A DNA stretch of 64,000 bases from Octopus sinensis (taxonomy: Eukaryota), in NCBI RefSeq assembly GCF_006345805.1, contig NC_043002.1, forward strand, positions 97,836,001-97,900,000. Direction: 5' to 3'. The translations under genes were made by a program, and so were the position numbers. The notes beneath the pieces are model-generated. The model ran no database searches, had not been told where the DNA came from, and saw only the letters and a list, made by a program, of their open reading frames with translations. Positions 1 through 10,680 of this stretch are shown here, one piece after another; within the stretch, counting starts at the first letter, position 1, and each line of letters opens with the position of its first letter.

Positions 1-30
1 CGCCGTCGTAACCGACGGAGTGCTTCCACC
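1..30 (+). mobile_element. 3' end of tRNA-Arg-like SINE (family A), cut by window start
   Basis: CGTCGTAACCGACGGAGTGCTTCC matches the 3' terminus of full copies at 24554-24957 and 32932-33310. Confidence 0.8.
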
Positions 31-147
31 ATTTCTGAGAGTAAAATGTCTTTTTGCGTAGCACGGCTACCAGATTGATTTCACAAGAGCTAACACAAAA
101 TAGTCAATTAGTAACGCTTTATGTAACACACATACATACATATATAC

Positions 148-164
148 ATGTGTGTGTGTGTTTG

Positions 165-205
<41 letters not shown>
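148..205. repeat. (TG)n/(CA)n microsatellite, representative of dozens of dinucleotide tracts in the window
   Basis: Seen directly. Similar large (TA)/(CA)/(TG) tracts at about 5330-5790, 7580-7800, 8105-8165, 9085-9250, 18580-19240, 25385-25710, 27530-28500, 31235-31870, 39560-39690, 40260-40680, 61540-61770 and 62630-63590. Confidence 0.95.
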
Positions 206-210
<5 letters not shown>

Positions 211-285
211 TACACACAGATATATGCATTAGTAACAGCTGTTAGGTGCTGATTTTTCCCTATATTATGCACATTATTACATAAA

Positions 286-682
286 TCTTTATATATAAAA
301 GTCAAGTTGTGTGTCTGTCTCCTACGATTTAGATTCCTAACTACTCCCACATTTTGCGGTGCAGTTTAACCATAACCGGGTATCTTATAGTCGTGATTCA
401 TATCGAGCCCTTCTGGGTATTAGCTCGCGTCTACGATGAGTCTACGATTTTAAAAATAGCTTACCATCATTTTTTCCCATTTTAATGCATTTTTCACTAT
501 TAAAAAAAGGGAAGTAACTCTCTAAAAATGTCTACGATGAGTCGAGGATTTAAAAAAAATTTACCATAATTTTTTTTCCATTTTTAATGCATTTTTTTGC
601 TATTTTTTTGCTATAACTCTCTAAAAATGCTTATATAGTTATTTCCCTTACAAACCCGAGCAACGCCGGGCGATACTGCTAG
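286..682 (+). mobile_element. Non-autonomous Helitron (family H1), complete, with an internal ~100-bp tandem duplication
   Basis: Starts A|TCTTTATATATAAAAG and ends CCCGAGCAACGCCGGG hairpin + CGATACTGCTAG|T: 5'-TC, 3'-CTAG, inserted between A and T, no TSD. Homologous to 38488-38886. Confidence 0.85.
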
Positions 683-902
683 TGCTATATAAATAAATAC
701 GATCCAGCGCCAACAGCTGTGTACCGGCACGTCATCAGGTGAGTAGCCTTGTGACCACTGCTGGATCACGTCTAGTTTCCCATTGCTTCATACACATATT
801 TACTTTAGAATAAAGGCATATTCTGAAATAACCTGATAACGTGCATGTGCACAACTACTGTTGGATCATATTCATATGATATTCATATAATTATATGTAT
901 AA

Positions 903-947
903 CTAGCAGTATCGCCCGGCGTTGCTCGGGTTTGTAAGGGAAATAAC
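903..947 (-). mobile_element. Helitron H1 3'-end fragment
   Basis: CTAGCAGTATCGCCCGGCGTTGCTCGGGTTTGTAAGGGAAATAAC is the reverse complement of the terminus of 286-682; it abuts a SINE at 947. Confidence 0.85.
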
Positions 948-1172
948 TTTACTACCCACAAGGGGCTAAACACAGAGAGGACAAACAAGGACAGATAAAC
1001 GGATTAAGTCGATTACATCGATCCCAGTGCGTAACTGGTACTTATTTAATCGATCCCGAAAGGATGAAAGGCAAAGTCGACCTCGGCGGAATTTGAACTC
1101 AGAACGTAGCGGCAGACGAAATACTGCTAAGCCTTTCGCCCGGCGTGCTAACGTTTCTGCCAGCTCGCCGCC
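947..1172 (-). mobile_element. tRNA-related SINE, family M
   Basis: Minus strand reads GGCGGCGAGCTGGCAGAAACGTTAGC (A-box-like) ... GAGTTCAAATTCC (B box) ... GACTTTGCCTTTCATCCTTTCGGG.TCGAT.AAATAAGTACCAG; many copies in the window. The central block recalls the Meta-type SINE domain (recall, not searched). Confidence 0.85.
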
Positions 1173-1275
1173 TTATATAGTAAATACCATAGTCCATACC
1201 CACAGTTTACACAGTTTACACAGTTTACACAGGTAGAGTAGAATAGTTAGTGGACTGTTAGGTAGATAAATAGAG

Positions 1276-1412
1276 AATACCAAACGAGTTCCCTATGGAT
1301 ACCGTATTTATTACAACGAGTGGCTTGTAAACGTATCTAACGAGCGAAAGTGAGTTAGATACGTTTACAAGCCACGAGTAATACGGTATCCACAGGGAAT
1401 GAGTTTGGTATT
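1276..1412. repeat. Foldback / long imperfect palindrome
   Basis: Nested stems: 1276-1285/1403-1412 (10 bp), 1296-1308/1380-1392 (13 bp perfect) and 1320-1341/1354-1375 (22 bp perfect) around a 12-nt loop. Confidence 0.9.
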
Positions 1413-1414
1413 TT

Positions 1415-1682
1415 ATTTATTACACACGAATAAACGACCATATTTTATTAACCCAATAACTAAATTCTTCACGTTTAGTTGTAACTTATGAATGACAAAA
1501 GTAGTGCCGTCACCGTGACCTCGGGTCATCACCATGAATTGACCAATCAAAAGCAGCGCTGTCACCGTGACCTCGGGTCATCACCATGGATTGACCAATC
1601 AGAAGCAGCGCTCGCAGTATCTGACATATGTTAGATACCAAAATTATCTCAAAGTGTTCTCACTCACATGTGTGTAATAAAT
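1415..1682. mobile_element. MITE-like element with 13-bp inverted termini, containing a 52-bp tandem duplication
   Basis: ATTTATTACACAC (1415-1427) and GTGTGTAATAAAT (1670-1682) are exact reverse complements; internal 52-bp unit at 1509-1560 and 1561-1612. Confidence 0.55.
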
Positions 1683-2521
1683 GTATGTATGTGTGTGTGT
1701 GGGTGTGAGTGTGTGTGTGTATGCACCCCCCTTTTTTCTGTGTGTAAGCACATAGATAGAAAATAAATAAATAAATAAATAAACAGATCAACATAGAGAC
1801 GGATAGGTACATAGGTTACAAGGACAGATACAAGAACATAGGTTACAAGACACGGATCCACACATATAAAGATGCACATCCATACATACAAACATGGTAC
1901 ATAGTTGCATAACACACACACACAGACATGCACACACAAGGAGACAGCGGTGCATACATATACAAATACACACTCACACACACACATACATAGAAAATAC
2001 ACAAACACGGACATGCATGCACATAAATATGCAAGATACGTACATACAGATGCACACACATACATACATGTGCGATGATTTTCCGATAATCTTATATTTT
2101 ACAGAGAAATTGGAAGCCCCGAATGTAAGTCAGCGCTTTATGCATAATTCAATATTATAGAGTTCTCTATTTCTAACAGAAATTCTGTCCTCAATAACTA
2201 TAGATCATTTCTAAATGTAATTCTTTTTTTTCGTTTTGCATTTCCGTCTGTCTCTTGACAAAGCTTTCTTTCTCCAGCGTTCACCACGTCAGGATTAAAC
2301 AGCCCTTAGCGCGAAAATTTTGACTGTCCTGATTTTGTTAGCAGCTTTGACGTTCCACGTATATCAAATTTTATCTAATTTGCTTTGGGGGAGCAATTGC
2401 TTTGACGAAGACACATCTTGTTACAATGTGGAGTAGGTAAAACTGCCAACAACTGATGAAGGGTTGTTTTTTTTATATGCCAACTCCACGCTGTATTTCT
2501 CTATGTAATTAAAATTCTTCT

Positions 2522-2566
2522 GCCAAGCCAAGCCGAGCCGAGCCGAGCCGAGCCGAGCCGAGCCGA
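2522..2566. repeat. (GCCGA)n pentanucleotide repeat
   Basis: GCCAA x2 followed by GCCGA x7. Confidence 0.95.
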
Positions 2567-2594
2567 ATATATATGCAAATTTTATATATATATA

Positions 2595-2771
2595 CTAGCA
2601 GTATCGCCCGGCGTTGCTCGTGTTTGTAAGAGAAATAACTATATAAGCATTTTTAGAGAGTTGTATGGCCCCTAGCAACCACACCTTTCAAGATAGGGGT
2701 TTGTCTAAGTTAGCCCACGGGCATCATCACCTCATTCTACATGTCCCTGTAAATTTTAGAGCGAATCGGAC
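2595..2771 (-). mobile_element. Helitron with H1 3' terminus but different interior; runs into the assembly gap
   Basis: CTAG at 2595-2598 plus the H1 hairpin and about 65 nt of H1 3' sequence, then unrelated sequence up to the Ns. Confidence 0.75.
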
Positions 2772-2871
2772 NNNNNNNNNNNNNNNNNNNNNNNNNNNNN
2801 NNNNNNNNNNNNNNNNNNNNNNNNNNNNNNNNNNNNNNNNNNNNNNNNNNNNNNNNNNNNNNNNNNNNNNN
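2772..2871. other. Assembly gap (100 N)
   Basis: Exactly 100 N, typical of a placeholder; true length and contiguity unknown. Confidence 0.99.
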
Positions 2872-3335
2872 TTTATGCGCCAATACCTCTGACTGTCATC
2901 TAGTATTTATTTTCGCGATATATTATGAAAAACATTATGCAACAATGGGTGTTTGATTTCCTCAGCCTTATATTTAGCTGCGCCCTTCTTGAGAACACAG
3001 TAAAGACTCTTACCAATTGCAGCTTGTTTTCCTAACTTAGAAGACGTAAACCTCTACTGTTTGCTTTAAATTCTCCCCGTTAACTTTTCCTTGCAGAACA
3101 CTGTCTAAAACGATGGATTTTCACTGTACAAGATGGTTTAATTCGTTTTTGCTTGTAGAACTGCTAAACTAGTATTGGTCTGGGGATTAAGCAACAACGA
3201 TAACAACATTACGCACACGTAAACGGACACACACAGACAGACACATACAATTCCAATATACCATAGCGGTACCAATAACCAGCTGTTAGAACTTAATAAA
3301 CATATATTCAATACTTGACAATAGTAGTGAGTTCC

Positions 3336-3780
3336 TAAGGCAGTGAACAGGTAGAATCGTTAACACGCCGACAAGTTGTTTACCAGCATTTTGTTCATTT
3401 TTACAGACTGAGTTCAAATTCCGTCGACTTTACCTTTCATTATTTCGGAGTCGATAACGCGGCAAGCTGGCCGAATCGTTAGCACGCTGGACGAAATGCT
3501 TAGCGGTATTTCGCCCGTCGCTCCGTTCTGAGTTCAAATTCCGTCGAGGTCGACTTTGCCTTTCATCCTTTCGAAGTCGATAAATTAAGTACCAGTGAAA
3601 CACTGGGGTCGATATAATCGACTAGTCCCTTCCCCGAAATTTCAGGCCTTGTGCCTATAGTAAAAAAAAAGGATTATTTCGGAGTCGATCAAAAAGAGAG
3701 CCAGTTAAACTTTAGTGGGGTGGAGCAATGTAATCGACTGCCAAACACCCGCAAAATTTCAGGCATATTAGCAAGCTCCT
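3336..3780 (+). mobile_element. Older family-M SINE interrupted by a younger family-M-type SINE (3459-3670)
   Basis: ATTATTTCGGAGTCGAT occurs at 3439-3455 and 3673-3689 (17-bp TSD) around a copy with an A-rich tail. Confidence 0.8.
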
Positions 3781-3854
3781 GAGATGATGACTCGGGCCTC
3801 TTACATGAACCAGAAATAGAGTACAGAACGTAATAATAATTGTAGTGACGTTAT

Positions 3855-3960
3855 ACAACAGTGCGCGCGCGCAACGTCCTCTTCAGTGTGCGTGTGCGGG
3901 TTTGGAGCCTTCTGGAAAGGCAGAAGGGAAGTGCCCTCTCGCGCATGCGCGAAGCACTGA
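3855..3960. promoter_or_regulatory. Candidate CpG-rich regulatory patch with an NRF1-type palindrome
   Basis: GC/CpG-rich patch not matching any repeat recognised in this window; perfect palindrome TCGCGCATGCGCGA at 3939-3952 contains GCGCATGCGC. No linked exon identified. Confidence 0.3.
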
Positions 3961-4921
3961 AGAAGGAAATGCTGATGTGGCATTAGTTGATAGGCGAGGG
4001 AGGTTCCCTTAACAAAGGGGTACAGAGAGACAGGCAGTAGCAGAACGCCTTTCATACGAGGTTGTTGCAGACCAATTTTACTCCGCTGTCTCTGGACGCT
4101 AAGACTTGAGGCACAGCGATCGAAGAGAAAGGATGTATTTTCATACGTGTGATCAACCTATTCTCCTGTCCCAGACGCTTGGGATTTAACCTATCTATTG
4201 CTGCTGAATTGTTGTAAGAATGGATACCAGTATACCATCGTGTTTCATTTTTGCATAAGAAAATAAAGAATTATATATTTCTAAACTTGCTTTTCGTTCC
4301 TGACTGGTAGTTTCTAGAAACAAAAAGAAAGGAAATTGTGTTGCACCCAAGTTGCACCCCAAAAGTGTAAAGAAGCAACGAGTTCCCGTTACATAATTAA
4401 CCAAGGAATGGCGAAGAAAGTAATTACGTAGTCATATCCATTAGCTGTTTCATTTATAAGGAACTTGTGCACCCAGATTTGAGTGACTGTGTGGCATCAG
4501 TGAGGGCGCACAGTTCCTTACGACCGAAACAGCCATAAACTACTAATCAAGAAGATTATGTAACTTCTAGTCTTTTAACATTCATATGCGTGTGTGTGTA
4601 TGTGTATATGTGTATATGTGTATATGTCTGTCTGTGTGTTTGCGTGTATTTATTTGTGCGCATGCAAGAGCCTGTGTGGTCGGTGGGTGGAGATAATGAT
4701 TTGAAGAGAAGAGTAGACAGAGTGACAAAAGAAACTCGATTCATGTTGTGAAGTGTTTGCCGCTTCAAATTGTCCAACAAAAATCATTAGCGATGATTTA
4801 TTGCAAGAGAATAATATAATAAAGCGGGGGAAGTTTAGCAGCGTTAATGAACACGAGACGTTCGTAGACGGGTAGTATATATACACCCTGTGTGTTTTTA
4901 TTTTTTATTTTATTTATTACC

Positions 4922-4957
<36 letters not shown>

Positions 4958-5248
4958 TCTATTTGTTCATTTCTATTATTTTTGACATATCTTTAGTTTC
5001 TTTAATGCTTCACAAATATGAGGTGACTGAAGTAATACAAGAGTAAATATATTTAAATAATAAATATCAGGGCGAAAAGGAAAGAAACAAAAGAACAAGG
5101 GGCGGGGGGGGGGGTAAAATGACACAAAGAAAAGAAAATAGGAGGAAAGGCGCCCAAAATGTAAATGATATAATACAGAATATATACAATTTAAAAGAAA
5201 AAAAAAATCGAAACAAAAACACAAAATGAATAAGTAAAACAAATATAG

Positions 5249-5321
5249 CAGAGGAGAAACAAAAATTGAGAATTTAAAGAAATTTATAGATACATACATA
5301 TGTATATACACACACATATAC

Positions 5322-5388
<67 letters not shown>

Positions 5389-5400
5389 ATATATATATAT

Positions 5401-5432
<32 letters not shown>

Positions 5433-5479
5433 TGTATCTATAAATTTCTTTAAATTCCTCAATTTTTGTTTCTCCTCTG
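5249..5479. repeat. ~52-bp inverted repeat flanking a (CA)/(TA) tract
   Basis: 5249-5300 versus the reverse complement of about 5427-5479 differ by a single indel. Confidence 0.9.
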
Positions 5480-5489
5480 TATATATATA

Positions 5490-5705
5490 TGCTTTAAGGC
5501 ATATATATATATATATATATATATACTTTAAGGCATATATATATATATATATATATATACTTTAAGGCATATATATATATATATATATATGCTTTAAGGC
5601 ATATATATATATATATATTATATATATATATACTTTAAGGCATATATATATATATATATATATATACTTTAAGGCATATATATATATATATATATATATG
5701 CTTTA
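5490..5705. repeat. Compound minisatellite [CTTTAAGGC(AT)n]
   Basis: About six CTTTAAGGC units separated by variable (AT)n. Confidence 0.9.
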
Positions 5706-5741
5706 ACGCTCACAGTATACAATATATACGTATATATATAT

Positions 5742-5799
<58 letters not shown>

Positions 5800-5805
5800 C
5801 TATTT

Positions 5806-6122
5806 TTTTACTCTTTTACTTGTTTCAGTTATTTGACTGTGGCCATGCTGGAGCACCGCCTTTAGTCGAGCAAATCGACCCCAGGACTGACTCTTTGTAA
5901 GCCTAGTACTTATTCTCTTGGTCTCTTTAGCCGAACCGCTAAGTTACGGGGACGTAAATAGCAACGGTTGTCAAGCGATGTTAGGGGGACAAACACAGAC
6001 ACACAAACATATGCACACACATACATGCATATATACATATATACGACGGGATTCTTTCAGTTTCCATCTACCAAATCCACTCACAAGTCTTTGGTCGGCC
6101 CAAGAAGACACTTGCCCAAGGT
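5806..6122 (-). mobile_element. tRNA-derived SINE with CORE-like block and internal microsatellite (family C), 5'-truncated
   Basis: Matches full copies 44594-45018 and 62877-63241; CORE-like CCTTGGGCAAGTGTCTT and tail GGTGCTCCAGCATGGCC..AGTCAAAT.ACTGAAACAAGTAAAAGA. Confidence 0.85.
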
Positions 6123-6188
6123 CCCTAAACACCGGGAGTGAGTATTCTTGACCTTCGCCTAGAAATACACATGCAGACATCTTCTTTC

Positions 6189-6253
<65 letters not shown>

Positions 6254-6724
6254 CTGTATTTCCTCATAACATATAGAAAAATTGATATCTTTAAATGCAA
6301 TTTTTTGTATTCAAGCCGATAGTTGTTCTTGACAAACAACGGCAGTAATTTTATTCAGCTGAATACACGTCATTGATTGGTTGAATTTACCGAAATAGGA
6401 CTACTTTGACGTGAAATTACAAGTTTTTCTCAAAAATGCTAAGAGTAAAACACGTTTTATATGACACATTCTACCAGTGTCCGAAGTTTGAAAGTGTTTA
6501 GTTACAAAAATTTATTTTTCAAATCTGTAGGTCAAAAGGTAAAGATCCTTGAACTGTAACATCATAGGCTGTAAAATAAATACTAAGTAACGCCGTAGAA
6601 AGGTTGTGCGACATTGATATTCACAGTGATGAAGAATACAAGGACTGTTAAAAAAACATTATCTTGAAACTGATTAGAAGGAGTGGAATAACATTTCTAT
6701 AATAATATTGAAAGTTGGCAGAAA

Positions 6725-6941
6725 CGGCGAGTTGGCAGAAACGTTAGCACGCCGGGCGAAATGCGTAGCCGCATTTCGTCTGCCGTTACGTCGTGAGTTC
6801 AAATTCCGCCGAGGTCGACTTTGCTTTTCATCCTTTCGGGGTCGATAAATTAAGTACCAGTTACGCACTGGGGTCTATGTAATTGACTTAATCCCTTTGT
6901 CTGTCCCCTCTATGTTTAGCCCCTTGTGGGCAATAAAGAAA
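6725..6941 (+). mobile_element. SINE family M
   Basis: Near-complete match to 947-1172. Confidence 0.85.
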
Positions 6942-7736
6942 TATATAATTATATTGAAAGAGCCGCTGAGTTTTTGCCAAGCTTTTGAATTTGTTTTTCA
7001 GATATATTTTTTTTTCAGATATATTTGCGAGTATTGTGAGTGGTGTTAAATCAGGCAAATCTTCATGTTCGTAGTACTTGAAAGTGAAAGTTGTTATATG
7101 TTTGAAGTCCAAGCCACAAGTAAACTTTCAACACCCGCACGTTTCACTGTTGTGGGGGGAGGGGAAGTTCCATACATAAACTAAGAGAGACACACATGTA
7201 CATTAAGGCACACGTGAAGCCTATCTCTGTCTCTGGGTGCGTGTCTGTCGCTGTCTTTAGATGGGTTTGTGTGTCAGTCGTCACAAAAATGTATGTATAC
7301 TGACACATATACACCGTTACATTCATACTTGTCGGTCAATCGGCCTAACGTAGGTAGCGAACGTGCGAACACACGCATATAGAAAATGTGACGTCATAGT
7401 AATTGTGGTGGTGATATAAAATGTCGATAGGGGAATAAAAGAAAAAATGATTATGTTAAATTTTGCAATGCAAATATGTGAATGAAAATAGAGTTTATTG
7501 GGTAGCCAAAAGCTTACTGAATCTTTTGATACCCCTTACGGGAAAATCGGCAACTCGGTTTTGGAATGCATAAGGAACATACACGCACGCACACACACAC
7601 ACACAACACACACACACACACAAAATCTCTCTTTTGTAGTTATATATATATATGTATTATTTATTATATATATATATATATATATAATATATATATATAT
7701 ATAAATATATATATATATTATATATAATATATATAT

Positions 7737-7781
<45 letters not shown>

Positions 7782-7807
7782 TATAATATATATATATGTG
7801 TGTATAA

Positions 7808-8097
7808 GGCGCATGGTTTAGTTGTTATGGTGTTGCACTCACGATTGCGCGATCGTAGGTTCGATTCCCAGACAGAGTGATGCGTTGTGTTCTCGAGCAA
7901 AGCACTTCATTTCAGGTTGCTCTGCGATCATTTCGACATCTCACATATGGCACCCAGTTGCACCTGTACAGGTACTGCCGCTAGGAGGGAGAGAGTGAGA
8001 GTACGTCTACAAAAACATTTGCTCACTATAAACAAATCATCTGTGTGGTTGTTCGGTAAGAAATTGTCGAGCACTCATACGTCGTCTAACACCGGGA
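7808..8097 (+). mobile_element. Older tRNA/CORE-like SINE (family E)
   Basis: A-box-like start, GGTTCGATTCCC B box, CORE-like GTTGTGTTCTCGAGCAAAGCACTT; homologous to 57378-57660. Confidence 0.7.
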
Positions 8098-8105
8098 GAA
8101 TCCAT

Positions 8106-8167
<62 letters not shown>

Positions 8168-8447
8168 TGAGATAGGGGTTGTGAGTGTAACCCTCTATGG
8201 GATAACATATATCCAATATACTGCCAGTAAAGCACCCAATAAAGTTAATACATAAATGCTAAGAATTGCGATGCAAATAATTCATACTGTTTTGTTCTGT
8301 ATTATTGTGTTTGATCTGATGTTCCTATGTAGTTGGTTCATAAATTATGTGAATGGGTATTATCTGGTAGTTGATTATTGATTAAAGTGTATTCCTCCAT
8401 TTTCTTATTTTGTATATATATATATATTATTATATATATATATATAT

Positions 8448-8598
8448 AGTTAATCCAAACAAGAAAACGCAGAAAAAAACACAGCAACGCAGGACGTGGA
8501 ACAATTAAAGTATTATTGACGTTTAATGTTTCGAGCGGAGCTCTTCGTCGGAAACAAGGAGAAGGAAAGATCCCAAGAAGGGAAGACAGAGGAAAAAA
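8448..8598 (-). mobile_element. Short hammerhead-motif element (family HB), partly deleted
   Basis: Minus strand 8555->8521: GTTT-CCGACGA-A-GAGC-TCC-GCTC-GAAA-CATT-AAAC; homologous to 51798-51975; 3' end abuts (TA)n. Confidence 0.65.
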
Positions 8599-9088
8599 TA
8601 TTTGAGCTGGTGGTGCTCAAGAGATCACATGTTGAAATATATATATTTTTTTATATATATATATGACATGAATTGAATTTTAGGCGAAGGAGCAACAAAG
8701 ATTATCATGCGGAATAAGAATAACAAATACGGAGCGTTTACATGACTTCTGCCAATCTGGGATATTTAAAGTATACAGAGCATTCTGCATTTCTATACAG
8801 AGCATGGCATAATTTTTGGAGGCTGCAGGAGAGTGCATTTGTTTTGTAATTAGTCAACCATCAACTTCATTAGCAACCACGATGTGAAAACAAGAATATA
8901 GACTACAATAGACGTGCCTGGTTCGACAAAGTACTTTATCTTTTGTTTGTTTACATTAACCGATTTTATAGATAAGCTCCAGCTTCGCAAGACACTGTGG
9001 CTCATGGGAGTGGGTGAGGCTGTACAAACACACACATGCACGTACATACAAGTGCATAAAGAATACTCCCTCCCCTGTGTATGTATGC

Positions 9089-9120
<32 letters not shown>

Positions 9121-9175
9121 ATATGTATGTATGTGTGTATATGTATGTATATATATGCATGTATATATATATATG

Positions 9176-9207
<32 letters not shown>

Positions 9208-10380
9208 TATATATATATATATGTTTGTGTGTGTGTGTATATATATAATGGTGTTTATTTGGTTACGGAAAGAAGTATGAACTGTCAGACTCTTAGTGGA
9301 AGTGGGTGTCAGATTTAGCACATTGACATAGATTCTTCTGAGAATAGAAATCAGGTGTGCACACCATTTTGACGTGTTTCTGTCGCATCTGTTACGCACA
9401 AAGGTGATAGCCATTGTAAAAAGGGAGAGATGAACATTACATCTCTGTGCTTAATTTTGTAATTAATTATATACGATATCATGTTCTCCCACCCCATTGC
9501 CTATTACCATTTTAAGTGTTTAAATAAGTTGGGACTTTGGTGTGTCAGTCCACCGAAAAACTATTAATTTTGAGTTCTTTTGCTCACCTTTATCACTTTT
9601 CTATTTCCGTTATAATCTTGCTCAATTAAAATTTTCTTGATTACTACGTGATGTGCCTTGACTATTACTCCAGCCTTATGTTCTATTAATCATAAATAGC
9701 TGTCGATTGATAGAAGGGTTAGAGAGAGCGTCAGACAAAATGCGTCGCAGTGCATAGCAATGGCACTCTTTATGTTCTGAGTTTAAATCACCCTGTTCAC
9801 CTTTAGAACAAATTATTAGTTAAATACTGAGGTCAACTTAAATGTTCGTAAGAGATAATCTAAATGTTAATGGAATCATAAGAGAAAACGGTAGTATGGT
9901 TTTTGTATTAGAATTGATTTGTTTTAGATCGATACAAGAACTATTGGCTTTTATAAAAGACATAGAGATTGATTGATTTGAGTCCAGTATATAATCGATA
10001 CTTATTTCATCGTTTCGCGGTGGATAAAATAAAATCGTTTCTGGTAGGAATTGAACTCAAAATAATTTCTTATATAAACACATAACCACTAATTTTTGGG
10101 GTGGATGGAGAGTTGTAAATCGAGTAAATCGACCTCCTTATACTTGATTAGTACTTTATCGATCCCAGAAAGATGAAGGCTAAAGTTGACTTTGGCAGGA
10201 TTTCAGATCAGAAAGTAAAATATCGGAATGAATAGCGCGAGGCATGTTTTCAGGCGCTCTAACGATTCTGCTTTTCTGATTTTCATCATAAGCAATGGGG
10301 TCACATAGGTTAGGGAAGGGAACAGTCAATATATGAATACCCACCCCATAAGATAAACGGATCTTTATTTTATTGCTCAC

Positions 10381-10680
10381 GGAAAGATGAAAACACGGAA
10401 AACGACGTTCGTAGTATTCTTGAAACTCAGAACATAAAATGACATATCTATATGCTACAATAGTCCTTTGCTCCACCGATTTATCTATTAATCTAAACAA
10501 GTCTAAAGCTCGCTACGTATTTTATTGTTCACTGAAAGATGGAAGAAACACGGAAAATTACGTTCGTAGTATTGAAACTGAGAACATGAAAAGACATAGA
10601 TATACGCTACAACAGTCCACCGATTCATCTATTCGCCTAAACAAACCTAAACCCCGCTACATATTTAGTTCAGCGCTCCA
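10381..10680 (+). repeat. Diverged ~150-bp tandem duplication
   Basis: Unit AAAGATG..AAACACGGAAAA..ACGTTCGTAGTATT..GAAACT.AGAACAT... occurs at about 10383 and 10533. Confidence 0.8.

Noticed and set aside
1509-1612. 52-bp direct repeats as a CRISPR array
   Set aside because: Only two adjacent units, no spacers, eukaryotic context.
6339-6596. Possible MITE with weak inverted ends
   Set aside because: Terminal complementarity is too degenerate and there is no second copy in the window.
7389-7396. Perfect CRE site TGACGTCA (also near 61922)
   Set aside because: An 8-mer is expected about once per 64 kb by chance; no supporting context.
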